Source: Gemmatimonadales bacterium (lineage in GTDB: Bacteria; Gemmatimonadota; Gemmatimonadetes; Gemmatimonadales; GWC2-71-9). From it: a stretch of 64,000 bases of DNA. Numbering within the stretch: the stretch's first letter is position 1; every line of letters begins with the position of its first letter. Below the pieces are notes generated by a model. The model did no database searches. It saw only the letters and a program-made list of their open reading frames with translations, and was not told the origin of the DNA. The translations under genes were made by a program, and so were the position numbers. The stretch covers positions 256,001 through 320,000 of the forward strand of contig JBBCJC010000002.1 of assembly GCA_037189525.1 (NCBI GenBank). Direction: 5' to 3'. This document shows, piece after piece, positions 1 to 10,100 of the stretch.

Positions 1-310
1 CCCCGTCGCCCTCGAACCCGAGCCCATAGGAGTAGATAACCCCGGCCCGAAGTGGCGCCGCTTCCGCCTTGGCCGTTACCACCGCCACATGCAGCGCGCG
101 CCCGAAGGCGACGGTCTGGAGCGACCCGGTGGCGACCGGTTCCTCTCCGGACTCGACTGAATTGGCGGTGTCACCCGCCTGTTGTTGATTGAGCCAGACC
201 TTGAGGGTGACGGTGGCCGGAACCGAGAGGGCAATCCACACCGACACCCGCCGGGGATCGACCCGTCGAAGGATGGGACCCGCCAGGACGAACGGAAGTT
301 GCGCCGGCAT
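1..310 (-). CDS. 5' part of a hypothetical protein, possibly PhoD-like phosphatase family (runs off the window start)
   Basis: Manual translation from ATG at 310 gives MPAQLPFVLAGPILRRVDPRRVSVWIAL... and stays open to base 1. A GGGAGAG RBS precedes it. The LAGPILRR...VSVW N-terminus resembles PhoD-like proteins. Confidence 0.55.
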   Translation of the reverse strand, partial: MPAQLPFVLAGPILRRVDPRRVSVWIALSVPATVTLKVWLNQQQAGDTANSVESGEEPVATGSLQTVAFGRALHVAVVTAKAEAAPLRAGVIYSYGLGFEGDG

Positions 311-484
311 CTCTCCCGCACTGCTAAGCGAGCGTCAAGATTCTGACCAGCGAGATCAGGCTACTATGATCGCGCCGATGACGAAGAACCGCCAGATGGC
401 GAAATTCGGTCGCGCCGCGTTGCGGCAGGTTTGGGGCGGCGCTAGGCTTCCGGCCGATTAACCCCAGCTGCGAGCCATCAGACC

Positions 485-1774
485 ATGACGTCCCCGACTC
501 CATCGATCACGTCTGTTCCTTCCCAACCGCTCCGCGTGGCCATCCTGGGCTTCGGCACGGTGGGGTCATCGGTGGCCCGGATCCTGGTCGAGCGTCCCGA
601 CCTGGCCGATCGGCTCCAGCTCACCCACGTCTATAACCGCGGCATCGATCGCAAGCGGGTCGACTGGCTCCCGTCCGTTACCTGGACCGACGACCTGGAT
701 GTGATCTTTGCGGCCAAGCCCGATGTCATCGTCGAAGTTGCTGGTGGTGTCGACCCGGCCGGTTCATGGGTCCGCCGCGCGCTCAGCCAGGGCGCGTCGG
801 TGGTCACCGCCAACAAGCTCATGGTTGCTGCGCACGGACCGGAGTTGTTGCGCCTGGCGGTCGACCATCATGCCCAGCTGCGCTTCGAAGCGGCGGTAGG
901 CGGCGGCATCCCGCTGATCCACGGCATCAAAGAGGGGCTCGCGGGCGATCGGCTCTCTCGGGTGACGGGGATTCTCAATGGCACCTGCAACTACATCCTG
1001 AGCCGGATGGCCGCGACCGGCGAACCGATGGACGCCGTGCTGGTCGATGCCCGCCGGCTGGGTTATGCCGAAGCGGATCCGAGTGCGGACCTGGACGGCC
1101 TCGACGCAGGGGCCAAGATCGTCGTGCTGGCGGGGATTGCCTTTCACCGGCACCTCCCGCTCGACGAGGTGCCGCGCCGGTCGATCCGGCCGATCAGCAG
1201 CGACGACTTCCGCTATGCCGCGCGGCTGGGTTGCACCATTCGTCAGCTGGCATCGGTGGAAGCGGCTGGACCCGACACGTTCCACGCCTTTGTCGGTCCG
1301 GCGCTGGTACCTGCGCATTCGAGTCTGGGGCGTAACGATGGCGCCGACAACTTCGTGACGGTGACCGGGCAGTTTCTGGGCGTGAGCAGTTTCAGCGGAC
1401 CTGGCGCCGGCGGCTCGGCGACTGCGGTGGCAGTCGTGTCGGATCTTCTCTCGCTTGCCGCGCGGCCTGGTCGCGACGTCCGCGAGGAGTGGCAGCCGGC
1501 GGCGATCGTGCCGCCGCCGTTGCGGCCGTACTATGTGCGGTTCGTGGTGCGGGATCGACCTGGCATTATCACCACCATCGCGGCCGCGTTCGAGCGGCAC
1601 GGGATCGACATCGATGCGGTGCTCCAGGAGCCGGGGTATCCCAAGGATGCGTTGCCGTTCGTGATCACGGTGGAGCCGTGCGAGCAAGCTGCTCTCGAGG
1701 CGGCGCTGGCAGACTTTGCGGGCGCGGATTTTCTGGCGGCGATGCCGGTGGTGCTTCCGATCGTCCTCACCTGA
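485..1774 (+). CDS. hom: Homoserine dehydrogenase with C-terminal ACT domain
   Basis: GFGTVG Rossmann motif, VVTANK, FEAAVGGGIP, GILNGTCNYIL, GYAEADP, GPGAGG; C-terminal DRPG ACT domain. Confidence 0.95.
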   Translation: MTSPTPSITSVPSQPLRVAILGFGTVGSSVARILVERPDLADRLQLTHVYNRGIDRKRVDWLPSVTWTDDLDVIFAAKPDVIVEVAGGVDPAGSWVRRALSQGASVVTANKLMVAAHGPELLRLAVDHHAQLRFEAAVGGGIPLIHGIKEGLAGDRLSRVTGILNGTCNYILSRMAATGEPMDAVLVDARRLGYAEADPSADLDGLDAGAKIVVLAGIAFHRHLPLDEVPRRSIRPISSDDFRYAARLGCTIRQLASVEAAGPDTFHAFVGPALVPAHSSLGRNDGADNFVTVTGQFLGVSSFSGPGAGGSATAVAVVSDLLSLAARPGRDVREEWQPAAIVPPPLRPYYVRFVVRDRPGIITTIAAAFERHGIDIDAVLQEPGYPKDALPFVITVEPCEQAALEAALADFAGADFLAAMPVVLPIVLT

Positions 1775-1814
1775 GACAGTTCGCCAGGTTAGGCCCCCGG
1801 GGACTGCCGTTGCC

Positions 1815-2250
1815 TCGCGAGTATCGCCCCTCCTCATTGGTCACTACTATGTGATGCTAAGCTCGGTAGTCGACGCCAGGTGTGCCGTGCAGGACACATT
1901 CCTGAAGGCATGGCGGCACTGGGATTCCATCCACGCCAATCTTTGGAGCGCACCTGGCTTTATCGGATTGCCGCCAACGTCTGCCTTGGCATGCCGAACC
2001 GGGCGAATCGCCGCCGTCACCGCCCGGTCGACACCATAGCTAACCCAGCAACGGTGCGCGACGACAGGACCCTCGATCAATAACTGGCTGAGCACTGGGT
2101 CGAACCTATCTCGGACGCGCTGGTGCCCTAGGCGAGGATCCGGCGGATCCCGAAACGCCCGCCATCCCTAAAAGGGAATATTCGGATCGCATTCGTGGCC
2201 GCGCTGCAGTACCTGCCACCCTGGCAGCGCGCTGTATCCCTCCACACCCC
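1815..2250 (+). pseudogene. Decayed ECF sigma-70 factor (SigG-like)
   Basis: Fragments in different frames with stops: HYYVMLSSVVDARCAVQDTFLKAWR / RTWLYRIAANVCL / HWVEPISDALVP* / NIRIAFVAALQYLPPWQRAV. These match sigma region 2 and region 4 patterns of SigG-type factors. Confidence 0.8.
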
Positions 2251-3054
2251 AGTCCCCAACTGGTGCACCGTCCCCGTGCTCAGCTAAGGACGACGTGATC
2301 ATACTCATATGCTGACAATGCTGATCCTTACAGATCTTTGCCATATGTAACAGCCCATCCGCAACGATCAGGCGCAGCGGCGGGCCGTCCATGATCGAAG
2401 GACCGCCCGATGGCGAAGCCGGCTGAAGTACCTAATACGCAAAACTGTGAGCGACCAGCGGTGAACCGCAAGGAGTTCCTCGGGGGATGAGGGACTCCTG
2501 AACAAGAGGAGACTGGCATGGGCAGCAGCGCTGCGTAGGCATCACACTAGGGCCGAATGGCCCTCACAAGAACTAGACAGTGACCTGTATCACTGCGCTA
2601 GCCGCGTTGACGCTTCAAGTTGACCTACTAGCTTCGGTCCCGAGAAGACAGCGATTGAGTACAAAAATGAGACGCGGAATGATCGCGCCCATCCGAAGGA
2701 TGCCCCTTGCCAGTAGGCATCCAGATGTCGGGGCATAGTCTGACGCAGGAATGCACCGATAGCTACAGAGCGAACGAGCGCTAGATGAAGAGATCCCAGG
2801 TCATGAGGGTTCTCGACGGTGCTTGCACGTCTCGTGACGGGGAAGGCATGGCGTGCAAGGGTTGGCTCGGCGCTGTAACGAACCTCTCCATTTCCTTGTC
2901 TCGTGCAAATTCTTGCGCCCCTTATAACGGGATATGCGGCTAAAAGCATGTTCGCATGTGACCTCCGTCACTTATGCTATGCGTGCTCGATCCCCATGTT
3001 GAAGACCATCCAAGTTGGTGTGTATCCAGTACCGAGATACCGTAGACCGGCATT

Positions 3055-3975
3055 ATGAGCAATCAAGCACAGGGTACGTCGCTGGCGCCTCATCAGCAGG
3101 TCGACCGCCTGGTACGGGATTTGGCGGAAACACCCTATCCAATCCTGATCCTTGGCCCGACGGGTTCCGGGAAGAGTACGCTTGCCAGGTACATTCACTC
3201 GATATCGCCTCGCGCCGTCCACCCATTTGTGGAGTGTGCGGTCACATCGATTCCGGATGAACTCAGGCAGGCGGAACTACTCGGCTCTATGAAAGGGGCC
3301 TATACAGGTGCCTATCACGATCGCGTTGGCTTTGTCGAACAAGCGCACACCGGCACATTGTTTCTCGACGAGCTTGGGCACGCGTCGCTTCGCTTTCAAC
3401 AAACACTCCTTGGCATTCTCGAGACTGGCCTCGTTCGACGAATCGGCAGCAGCTATCAGCGCACAGTTGATGTCCGAATCATCTGCGCGACATCTGTGAA
3501 TTTGGCAGCTCGTTCGCAGGAAGGCCTGTTCCTCGAAGAGCTACTCTATCGGGTGGACTGCCTCACGGTTTCTTTACCATCACTTCGTGAGCGTCGTCAG
3601 GAGATTGTACCACTTGCAACTCGATACTTGCAGGAGGCGTTTGTAGAGCTGGGTCGTGACTTTGTTCCTGTGTTGTCTGATGATGCGGCGGTGATTCTTC
3701 GCAATGCACCGTGGCCCGGAAACATGAGGCAGCTCCGGTCAGTTTGCCAGTACATTGCCAGCAGACTGCGGAGCCCACGTCCTGTTCAACCGACTGATAT
3801 TCCCGAACAGATCCGCGGAATGACAAAAGGGCATCAAACGAAACACGAAGAAGCTCAAGCGTTGTTAGACGCCACACGGGGCAACAAATCCGAGACTGCG
3901 CGCCTGATGGGTATCTCGCGACCGTCGCTCTACAAGCTCCTGGCCGAAGCATCTACGACGGTCCGTAAAGATTGA
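3055..3975 (+). CDS. Sigma-54-dependent transcriptional activator (AAA+ plus Fis HTH), no N-terminal sensor domain
   Basis: Walker A GPTGSGKS, GAYTGA variant of GAFTGA, Walker B LFLDE, WPGNMRQL, C-terminal GNKSETARLMGISRPSLY HTH. Confidence 0.92.
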   Translation: MSNQAQGTSLAPHQQVDRLVRDLAETPYPILILGPTGSGKSTLARYIHSISPRAVHPFVECAVTSIPDELRQAELLGSMKGAYTGAYHDRVGFVEQAHTGTLFLDELGHASLRFQQTLLGILETGLVRRIGSSYQRTVDVRIICATSVNLAARSQEGLFLEELLYRVDCLTVSLPSLRERRQEIVPLATRYLQEAFVELGRDFVPVLSDDAAVILRNAPWPGNMRQLRSVCQYIASRLRSPRPVQPTDIPEQIRGMTKGHQTKHEEAQALLDATRGNKSETARLMGISRPSLYKLLAEASTTVRKD

Positions 3976-4010
3976 CAGCAACTATCCAAACACAAGTGTA
4001 AAACTCTACA
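3964..4010. promoter_or_regulatory. Candidate upstream activator sites (TGT-N8-ACA-like pair)
   Basis: CGTAAAGATTGACA (3964-3977) and TGTAAAACTCTACA (3997-4010) lie about 65-110 bp upstream of the -24/-12 element, in a locally AT-rich stretch. Confidence 0.45.
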
Positions 4011-4075
4011 ACTCCGGCCCTGCGCCCCCGGCGCTAACGCGTTGTCATACAACAGCGTTGCCGTTTGGTCGTTGC

Positions 4076-4091
4076 TGGCCCACCGCCTGCA
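4076..4091 (+). promoter_or_regulatory. Sigma-54 -24/-12 promoter for the gsp operon
   Basis: TGGCCCACCGCCTGCA has GG-N10-GC spacing and sits about 35 bp before the gspE ATG at 4125. Confidence 0.65.
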
Positions 4092-4124
4092 CTACAACAG
4101 GTGAGGCCCGCCTCGAGGCGAACC

Positions 4125-5621
4125 ATGTCCATGCCTACGTTGCGTACACGTCTTGCCCTGCACGACATGTTTCGGCAGGAGTACCTCGCTTACTACAAGG
4201 TACTCCCCCTAGAGGTCGTGGACGGACAGGTTCGCGTGGCGGTATCGGGCGATCCCGAACCGAACGTCCTCGAGGATCTCGGTAAGACGTTCGACGCCGA
4301 AGTCGAGCCGATCCAAACAGATCCGGAGCAGCTGCTCGACGGTATTCGCTCGGCGTTCGCGACTGCGGAATCGGTGTCACATATGTTTGCGGGAAGTCTC
4401 GCGGCTGAAGCCAATGAGGCTGTCCCGCGAATCTCATCAGTTGCGGACGCCCGAGATCAGGCAAACCAGGCCCCGGTCATTCGCTATGTCAACTTGGCGA
4501 TCCGCGACGCGTTCGAGTCGGGTGCAAGTGACATCCATCTCGATACGACACGCGGGGGCCTTAGAGTCCGGCTCCGTATCGATGGCGTGCTCTTCGATTA
4601 CCAACCCCCTCCACCGGGTATACAGATCCCGATCCTGTCACGGATCAAGTTATTGGCCGAACTGGACATCGCAGAACGGCGCGTACCACAAGATGGCCGG
4701 GTCCGGGTGCGGTTGGACAACCAGGAGCTCGACCTTCGTGTTGCTGTTGTTCCCGCGCTTCATGGAGAATCTGTCGTAATACGGCTGTTGGATGGCGGAG
4801 CGGTCAATGTCGATCTCAAGGGTCTTGGTATGGATCCGGAAACGTTCGCTGCCGTTTCCACCCTAACCCAAAAGGCGAATGGCGTTGTGCTCACGACGGG
4901 CCCTACGGGGAGTGGGAAAACGACGACGCTATACGGCATGCTCGGACAACGGCGCGTTGTGGAGGAAAAGCTCATCACGATCGAGGATCCAATCGAGTAC
5001 TACTTGGACGGTGTCACGCAAATACCGATCCGAAATGGAAGCGGGCTCGGATTTGTCGACGTCTTGCGCAGCATCCTGCGCCACGATCCGGATGTAATCA
5101 TGGTCGGTGAAATGCGGGATGCCGCTACGGCTGCCGTTGCGGTCCAGGCAGCCCTGACCGGGCACCTGGTGCTCTCTTCTCTCCACACTAATAACGCGGC
5201 CGCGGCAGTAACTCGTCTGATCGACCTTGGTGTCGACCCGTATATCCTAGCCGCCACGTTGGAGGGCGTCGTCGCCCAAAGGCTGGTGCGACGGATCTGT
5301 CGCCACTGCTCAGCACGCTATTGGCCCGGAGCAGCCACCGTTTCGGTTGCTGCGGGGAGATCGATCGACGGCGTCGCTCTGTACCGTGGAATCGGATGCT
5401 CCGAGTGCCGGAATACTGGCTACCGAGGACGGATCGGAATCTTTGAAGTCCTTGTCTTAGATGAGGCGCTCAAGCGACAGCTCACGAGTGGTCACGAAGT
5501 AGACACCATACGACACGCCGCAGTAGAAGGGGGAATGCGTACCTTACGTCAGGATGCCTGGAATAAGGTGTTGACAGGAGCAACTACAGTCGAGGAGGTC
5601 ATTCGTGTACTCGGGGCTTGA
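4125..5621 (+). CDS. gspE: Type II secretion ATPase GspE/PulE
   Basis: ASDIH, LDIAERRVPQDGR, GPTGSGKTTTLY, TIEDPIEY, LRHDPDVIMVGEMRD, TGHLVLSSLHTN and two CxxC motifs. Start moved from 4065 to ATG 4125 (GAGG RBS). Confidence 0.95.
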   Translation: MSMPTLRTRLALHDMFRQEYLAYYKVLPLEVVDGQVRVAVSGDPEPNVLEDLGKTFDAEVEPIQTDPEQLLDGIRSAFATAESVSHMFAGSLAAEANEAVPRISSVADARDQANQAPVIRYVNLAIRDAFESGASDIHLDTTRGGLRVRLRIDGVLFDYQPPPPGIQIPILSRIKLLAELDIAERRVPQDGRVRVRLDNQELDLRVAVVPALHGESVVIRLLDGGAVNVDLKGLGMDPETFAAVSTLTQKANGVVLTTGPTGSGKTTTLYGMLGQRRVVEEKLITIEDPIEYYLDGVTQIPIRNGSGLGFVDVLRSILRHDPDVIMVGEMRDAATAAVAVQAALTGHLVLSSLHTNNAAAAVTRLIDLGVDPYILAATLEGVVAQRLVRRICRHCSARYWPGAATVSVAAGRSIDGVALYRGIGCSECRNTGYRGRIGIFEVLVLDEALKRQLTSGHEVDTIRHAAVEGGMRTLRQDAWNKVLTGATTVEEVIRVLGA

Positions 5622-6072
5622 TTCCAATAGGAGTCGCGCATCGCTGTCGAGGCGGGGCTTTACCCTACTCGAGATTATGGTCAGCATCACGATCATCGCC
5701 ATTCTGGCGGGGTTGGTGGTCCCGATGGTCTTTCAGCATGTTGGCGATGCCAAACGGGCAGCTGCGGAAGCCGATATCGAAGCGCTCGGCCTGGCACTCG
5801 ATTCATACGCGCTTGCCGTGGGGCGATATCCAACGACGGATCAGGGTCTCGCGGCACTGGTCACCCGGCCGGAGCCAGTGGCCAGCGGATGGCGCGGCCC
5901 ATATCTGAAGCGCGGTGTTCCGAAAGATCCTTGGGGCAACGACTACCAGTATACGAGCCCGGGGACTGTGAATTCGACCAGCTACGACCTGGTGAGCTAT
6001 GGACGAGACGGGCAAGCCGGTGGCCTCGGCGATGACGCGGATATTCGCTCGTGGGAACGGGCATCCCAATGA
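5605..6072 (+). CDS. gspG: Major pseudopilin GspG
   Basis: RRG|FTLLEIMV prepilin site; GRYPTTDQGLAAL, WRGPYL, PKDPWGNDYQY, SYGRDGQAGG. Confidence 0.95.
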   Translation: MYSGLDSNRSRASLSRRGFTLLEIMVSITIIAILAGLVVPMVFQHVGDAKRAAAEADIEALGLALDSYALAVGRYPTTDQGLAALVTRPEPVASGWRGPYLKRGVPKDPWGNDYQYTSPGTVNSTSYDLVSYGRDGQAGGLGDDADIRSWERASQ

Positions 6073-7241
6073 AGCGCTATCGCTACCACGGCGTTTCCAC
6101 GAGCGGCGCGCGGACATCCGGCACCATCGTGGGCAACACATCACAGGAGGTCGATGCCGTCCTCGCCGAGCGCGGCGTGCATACCCTGGCCGTCGTACTG
6201 GATTCACAGAGTCCAAACCGTGTTTCGCGGCAACAACTGGCCATCGTATTCCGGTCAATCGCCACGTTGTCGGGAGCCGGGTGCACGCTTCCACAAGCAA
6301 TTGCGACAACGGAGCATCAGGTGGCAACCAAACGTCTCAAGCCCGGACTGGCCGACACGCTGCGCCTAGTACTCCAGGGAGAGTCGTTGGCCGATGCCTT
6401 GGAGTGCACCCTCTCTCCCCCGCCGAGCGTCATCGGCCTCATTCGGTTTGGTGAATCGAGCGGGCAGCTGGAAATGGCCTTGGCCGAAGCCGCATCGCAG
6501 CTCGAAACGGAGGCATCTGCCGTGGCAAGTATCCGAAAGGCGATGGCTTATCCGGCGGTGTTGGGTGTAGCTGGCAGCGCATCGATGCTCGCAATCGTCT
6601 ATTGGGTGCTGCCCCGTTTCACAGCATTGCTGATCGATTCAGGGCAGCCGTTGCCAGCCGCAACGGGATTCGTACTGGGCGGCGCGGCGTTGTTGCGCAA
6701 ATACGGCTTACTCACCTTTTTCGTCATCCTCCTTTCCGCTGTCGGATTGGTGCAGTGGGTTCGTGCGACGAATCGGATCGAACGCGTTTATGCCGTTTTC
6801 CTCGAGATCCCGCTACTCGGTCCCACCCGATCAACCTGGATCGCGGCACGGTTGAGTAGAGTGCTTGGTACGCAACTCTGCTCCGGCCTACCCCTTCTCA
6901 AGGCGCTCGACATCACGCACGCCGGTATCCGTGACCCTTGTATCGCTGCGAGACTCCGCCAGGCAATCGATGAGATCAGCAAAGGTATCGGCGTTGCGTC
7001 GGCGTTCGGAACAGCGCGCCTCCTGCCCGTGTCGATCCTACCGCTGGTTGCCATCGGCGAGTCGAGCGGAAACCTCGGCACCATGCTGTTACGGAGCAGC
7101 GAGATCTGCTCGAAAGAGGTCGACCAGCGCGTTAGCGTGATGATTGGCATGCTCGAGCCAGGTCTCGTGATCGCCCTGGGTGGAGGTGTGGCGGTGCTGG
7201 CAGCTGCCATGTTGCAAGCGGTCTATGCATTGCGGCCGTAG
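6069..7241 (+). CDS. gspF: Inner-membrane platform protein GspF
   Basis: Two T2SSF repeats (GESSGQL...AMAYP and GESSGNL...MLEP) with TM helices; ATGA overlap with gspG. Confidence 0.9.
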   Translation: MKRYRYHGVSTSGARTSGTIVGNTSQEVDAVLAERGVHTLAVVLDSQSPNRVSRQQLAIVFRSIATLSGAGCTLPQAIATTEHQVATKRLKPGLADTLRLVLQGESLADALECTLSPPPSVIGLIRFGESSGQLEMALAEAASQLETEASAVASIRKAMAYPAVLGVAGSASMLAIVYWVLPRFTALLIDSGQPLPAATGFVLGGAALLRKYGLLTFFVILLSAVGLVQWVRATNRIERVYAVFLEIPLLGPTRSTWIAARLSRVLGTQLCSGLPLLKALDITHAGIRDPCIAARLRQAIDEISKGIGVASAFGTARLLPVSILPLVAIGESSGNLGTMLLRSSEICSKEVDQRVSVMIGMLEPGLVIALGGGVAVLAAAMLQAVYALRP

Positions 7242-7506
7242 ACCCGACCGTCACAGAGGACAAGGCTTCACGCTCGTCGAGCTTCTCGTTGTCGTTGTGA
7301 TCATCTCAATTGCCGTTGGTGGAGCCGCTATGAGCCTGACTGCCATAACCTCCGAGGCTTCGCCCACGATAACACCGGCCCTATGCCGCTCCGATGCAGT
7401 CAGGCGGCGTCAGGACGTACGTGCAGATTGGAATGGCCAGACGCTTCTCTGTCTCCCGGACGGCCGTGTCATCGGCCTCGGTGCGCGAGAGCTGGAAGGA
7501 GAATGA
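7225..7506 (+). CDS. gspH: Minor pseudopilin, GspH-like (short)
   Basis: QG|FTLVELLVVVVII prepilin motif and operon position; start codon uncertain. Confidence 0.7.
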   Translation: MHCGRRPDRHRGQGFTLVELLVVVVIISIAVGGAAMSLTAITSEASPTITPALCRSDAVRRRQDVRADWNGQTLLCLPDGRVIGLGARELEGE

Positions 7507-7510
7507 TCTG

Positions 7511-7846
7511 GTGCCGCCGCGAACTAACGCCGGATTCTCACTGTTAGAGGTGTTGATTGCGCTGTCGATCGTGAGTATTGCGGGCCTAGCAGCGATATCC
7601 AAAGTAGGCGCCGCTGGTACCACACTGCGCGAGGTTGCCAGACGCGAAGCAGAAATGGAAGCCGCGCACAACCTGTTGGCAACGGCCATGACCTGGTCCC
7701 GCCGTGAACTCGACCAACGACTCGGCTCGACCCGATCTGGGGCTTTCGTCCTGAGTGTGAGTCGACCTCGATCCGGACTGTACCGCCTGGCCGTTCGCTC
7801 CGACCACGATCTGCTCGTGACAGTCGTCCACGTGGAGGCACCGTAG
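7511..7846 (+). CDS. gspI: Minor pseudopilin, GspI-like
   Basis: AG|FSLLEVLIAL prepilin motif; GTG start inferred. Confidence 0.75.
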   Translation: MPPRTNAGFSLLEVLIALSIVSIAGLAAISKVGAAGTTLREVARREAEMEAAHNLLATAMTWSRRELDQRLGSTRSGAFVLSVSRPRSGLYRLAVRSDHDLLVTVVHVEAP

Positions 7847-7852
7847 CTTGTC

Positions 7853-8386
7853 ATGGCCAGCCGCCGGGGATTCACCCTATTGGAGGTACTCGTTGCGCTG
7901 ACCGTCTCCGGTGTGGTGCTGCTGACGGTTCATCAACTGGTCGTTGCAATGACGAGCTACCTGGACGACGTTCGCCGCTCATCCAGGACCCACAGCGCCG
8001 AGATGAACGGCCGCCGCTGGCTCCGATCGGCCTTGGCATCGACTATGTCGCCGACCGATTCATTCCCATTCGCCGGGACGAACGTATCCCTCACCTTTTC
8101 AGCTCGAGTACGGCAAGCAGGTGGCTGGTATGAGCTGGAGCGAATTCTGATTGATCTACAGGGCCGTGACCTCGTCGTGCAACGATCGTTGAGTGGGCGG
8201 CTGGTCCTGGCATCGCAGATCGAATCGATGACAATCGACTATTGGCTCGATGGCGAGTCGAGTCGGCCATGGCTCCGAGGATGGTTGTCATACGGGACCA
8301 TGCCTCACTTCGTCCGGTTCCGACTCAAACGCATCGATCGTTCGACGGTCGACACGTTGGTCTTGATGATTCGAGGCCGCCAATGA
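7853..8386 (+). CDS. gspJ: Minor pseudopilin, GspJ-like
   Basis: RRG|FTLLEVLVAL; C-terminal W...W...P..V.F pattern typical of GspJ. Confidence 0.8.
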   Translation: MASRRGFTLLEVLVALTVSGVVLLTVHQLVVAMTSYLDDVRRSSRTHSAEMNGRRWLRSALASTMSPTDSFPFAGTNVSLTFSARVRQAGGWYELERILIDLQGRDLVVQRSLSGRLVLASQIESMTIDYWLDGESSRPWLRGWLSYGTMPHFVRFRLKRIDRSTVDTLVLMIRGRQ

Positions 8387-9204
8387 ATCGAAACGGATCA
8401 GCCATGCTTGCTGCGCTATGGCTCCTGGCGCTTCTCGCTGCGATTGGGCATTGGGGCTTTCGAGAACTTGAGGACGACATCCGTGCTGCCATGAACCGAA
8501 TCAATCTGACGAAGGCTGCTTGGGCACGTGACGCCTGCCTGGAAATTGCCAAGGGCGACTTTCGCGACCTCTGGGCGTCGACCATGCGCAATGGTACCGA
8601 TGAGCCACGTCAACTGACGATGACACAGCTTCGGCAGCTTGACCAGGACTCGATTGCGCTGGCGGAGGGAGTCTGGTGCCGAATGATTTTCACCGATGTC
8701 AATGCCCGGCTCAATCCCAACATGATCGACTCCTCTACGGTCAATTGCCTCGTGGAAGAGGATGATCTCGTGTCACGCTGGATAAATCATCGCCCTCATG
8801 CATCCGTCGAAGCGCTCGCACAGACCCTTGCACTTGATTCGGCCCGTGTCATCGGGCTTCGTGATGTCGTTTCGGTATACAGTACCGGCTCCCTCAATGT
8901 GAATACGGCATCTGCTCAAGCCCTCGCGTGCGCCATTGGTGTGTCGGAGGCATCCGTAAGGGCAGTAATCCACGCCCGGGAACAGTATCGGGGGTTTGTC
9001 ACGGTAGAAGACGCACTCGCTGCGATCCCGATCGCCGACCGACCCCTGCATACCGCTATCGTCGTTCCACTGACGACATCCGTGATTCGCTTCGTCGTGA
9101 ACGTTTCCGGCACGGCAGGGCAACCCCCTGTCCATGCCACGGCAACGGTCCAAGGCACCACATCGGACCACCGGATGCTCATTTTTCAGAGAGAGGCCGA
9201 ATGA
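8383..9204 (+). CDS. gspK: Minor pseudopilin, GspK-like
   Basis: NG|SAMLAALW (no Glu+5, as in GspK), D.NARLN and GSLNVNTAS motifs; ATGA overlap with gspJ. Confidence 0.8.
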   Translation: MNRNGSAMLAALWLLALLAAIGHWGFRELEDDIRAAMNRINLTKAAWARDACLEIAKGDFRDLWASTMRNGTDEPRQLTMTQLRQLDQDSIALAEGVWCRMIFTDVNARLNPNMIDSSTVNCLVEEDDLVSRWINHRPHASVEALAQTLALDSARVIGLRDVVSVYSTGSLNVNTASAQALACAIGVSEASVRAVIHAREQYRGFVTVEDALAAIPIADRPLHTAIVVPLTTSVIRFVVNVSGTAGQPPVHATATVQGTTSDHRMLIFQREAE

Positions 9205-10100
9205 AAGGCCCCATCCGCCTGCGAATCGCCTCCGCTCCGACTCCCGGCAGCGCAATCGATGATCTCCTTCAGTCAGTGGGGTCGGCGCCACGACGTGTGG
9301 TCGTGGTACTTGGCGATGCGTTGGTACAGCGCCGCCGCCTCACCGATCTGCCGCCGGCACGTCGATCGACTACCCGGCGGCTGGCTCAACGACACAGCAC
9401 ACGGTACTTCCGCATTCGAGATGGGGGCGTCCTTGTCGATCTCGTGCCGGAGATGCCGTCAGGTCGGGAAAAGGCGTGGCTGGCCGCCGCCGCCCCAGGC
9501 GAACTCGTCGATTCGCTCCTGGCAGCGGCCACTCGCCTCGGCTACTTCATCGAGGATGTCATACCGGATACCAGAGCAGGGTGGTCCGGCCTCAGCTTCC
9601 TTCCCGCCTCCGAGCAGTGGAGGCGACTGAAGCAGCATTGGAAGAACACGGCACATATCGCTCTTGGGGTGTTGTTGATCGTCGCGATGGCGTGGACCGC
9701 TTCATTTGTAATGCGGTGGCGCATCGTTCGGCAGTTGGACTCCGGATTAGCGAGTGTCGATAGTGTGGTGGCTGCCGTAAGCGAAGCCCGTGCAGCGTAC
9801 GGCATGCTGCACGAGTTGACGACAACGATGCAGCAAGCCCAAGGCGACCGCAACAAGCTCAGTGCCCTGATGACGGCTGTTGTCCGCGCGCTCCCCGATT
9901 CTGTGGTTTTAACCACAATGTCTCTCGATCTCTCGGGGACTGGTCGGCTCGCCGGGTTTGCTGAAGAGGCGCTCGCCGTCAACGCCGCACTTCACCAGGT
10001 GCCCGGTCTCGTGAACCTTCAGCTAGAGGGCGTACCAGTCGTAGACGCAACCGGTGGGCGCAGCTGGATGCGTTTTGCCCTTCGCTCGGTACAACCGTGA
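9201..10100 (+). CDS. GspL/PilN-like assembly protein
   Basis: Cytoplasmic N-domain, one TM, coiled coil, ALPDSVVL...GRLAG PilN-like domain; ATGA overlap. Confidence 0.7.
   Translation: MKGPIRLRIASAPTPGSAIDDLLQSVGSAPRRVVVVLGDALVQRRRLTDLPPARRSTTRRLAQRHSTRYFRIRDGGVLVDLVPEMPSGREKAWLAAAAPGELVDSLLAAATRLGYFIEDVIPDTRAGWSGLSFLPASEQWRRLKQHWKNTAHIALGVLLIVAMAWTASFVMRWRIVRQLDSGLASVDSVVAAVSEARAAYGMLHELTTTMQQAQGDRNKLSALMTAVVRALPDSVVLTTMSLDLSGTGRLAGFAEEALAVNAALHQVPGLVNLQLEGVPVVDATGGRSWMRFALRSVQP

Noticed and set aside
764..1837. Long antisense or alternative-frame ORFs (also 17120-18268, 27506-28777, 30983-32296, 33041-34420, 41866-43086, 54777-56501)
   Set aside because: They overlap genes with clear family motifs and are Arg/Pro-rich shadow frames typical of high-GC DNA.
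2904..2921. GGCGCAAGAATTTGCA as a minus-strand sigma-54 promoter
   Set aside because: The GG to GC spacing is 11 nt rather than the required 10, and no credible gene lies downstream.
2590..2949. 119-aa minus-strand ORF upstream of the first activator
   Set aside because: No recognisable motif, RBS or coding bias.
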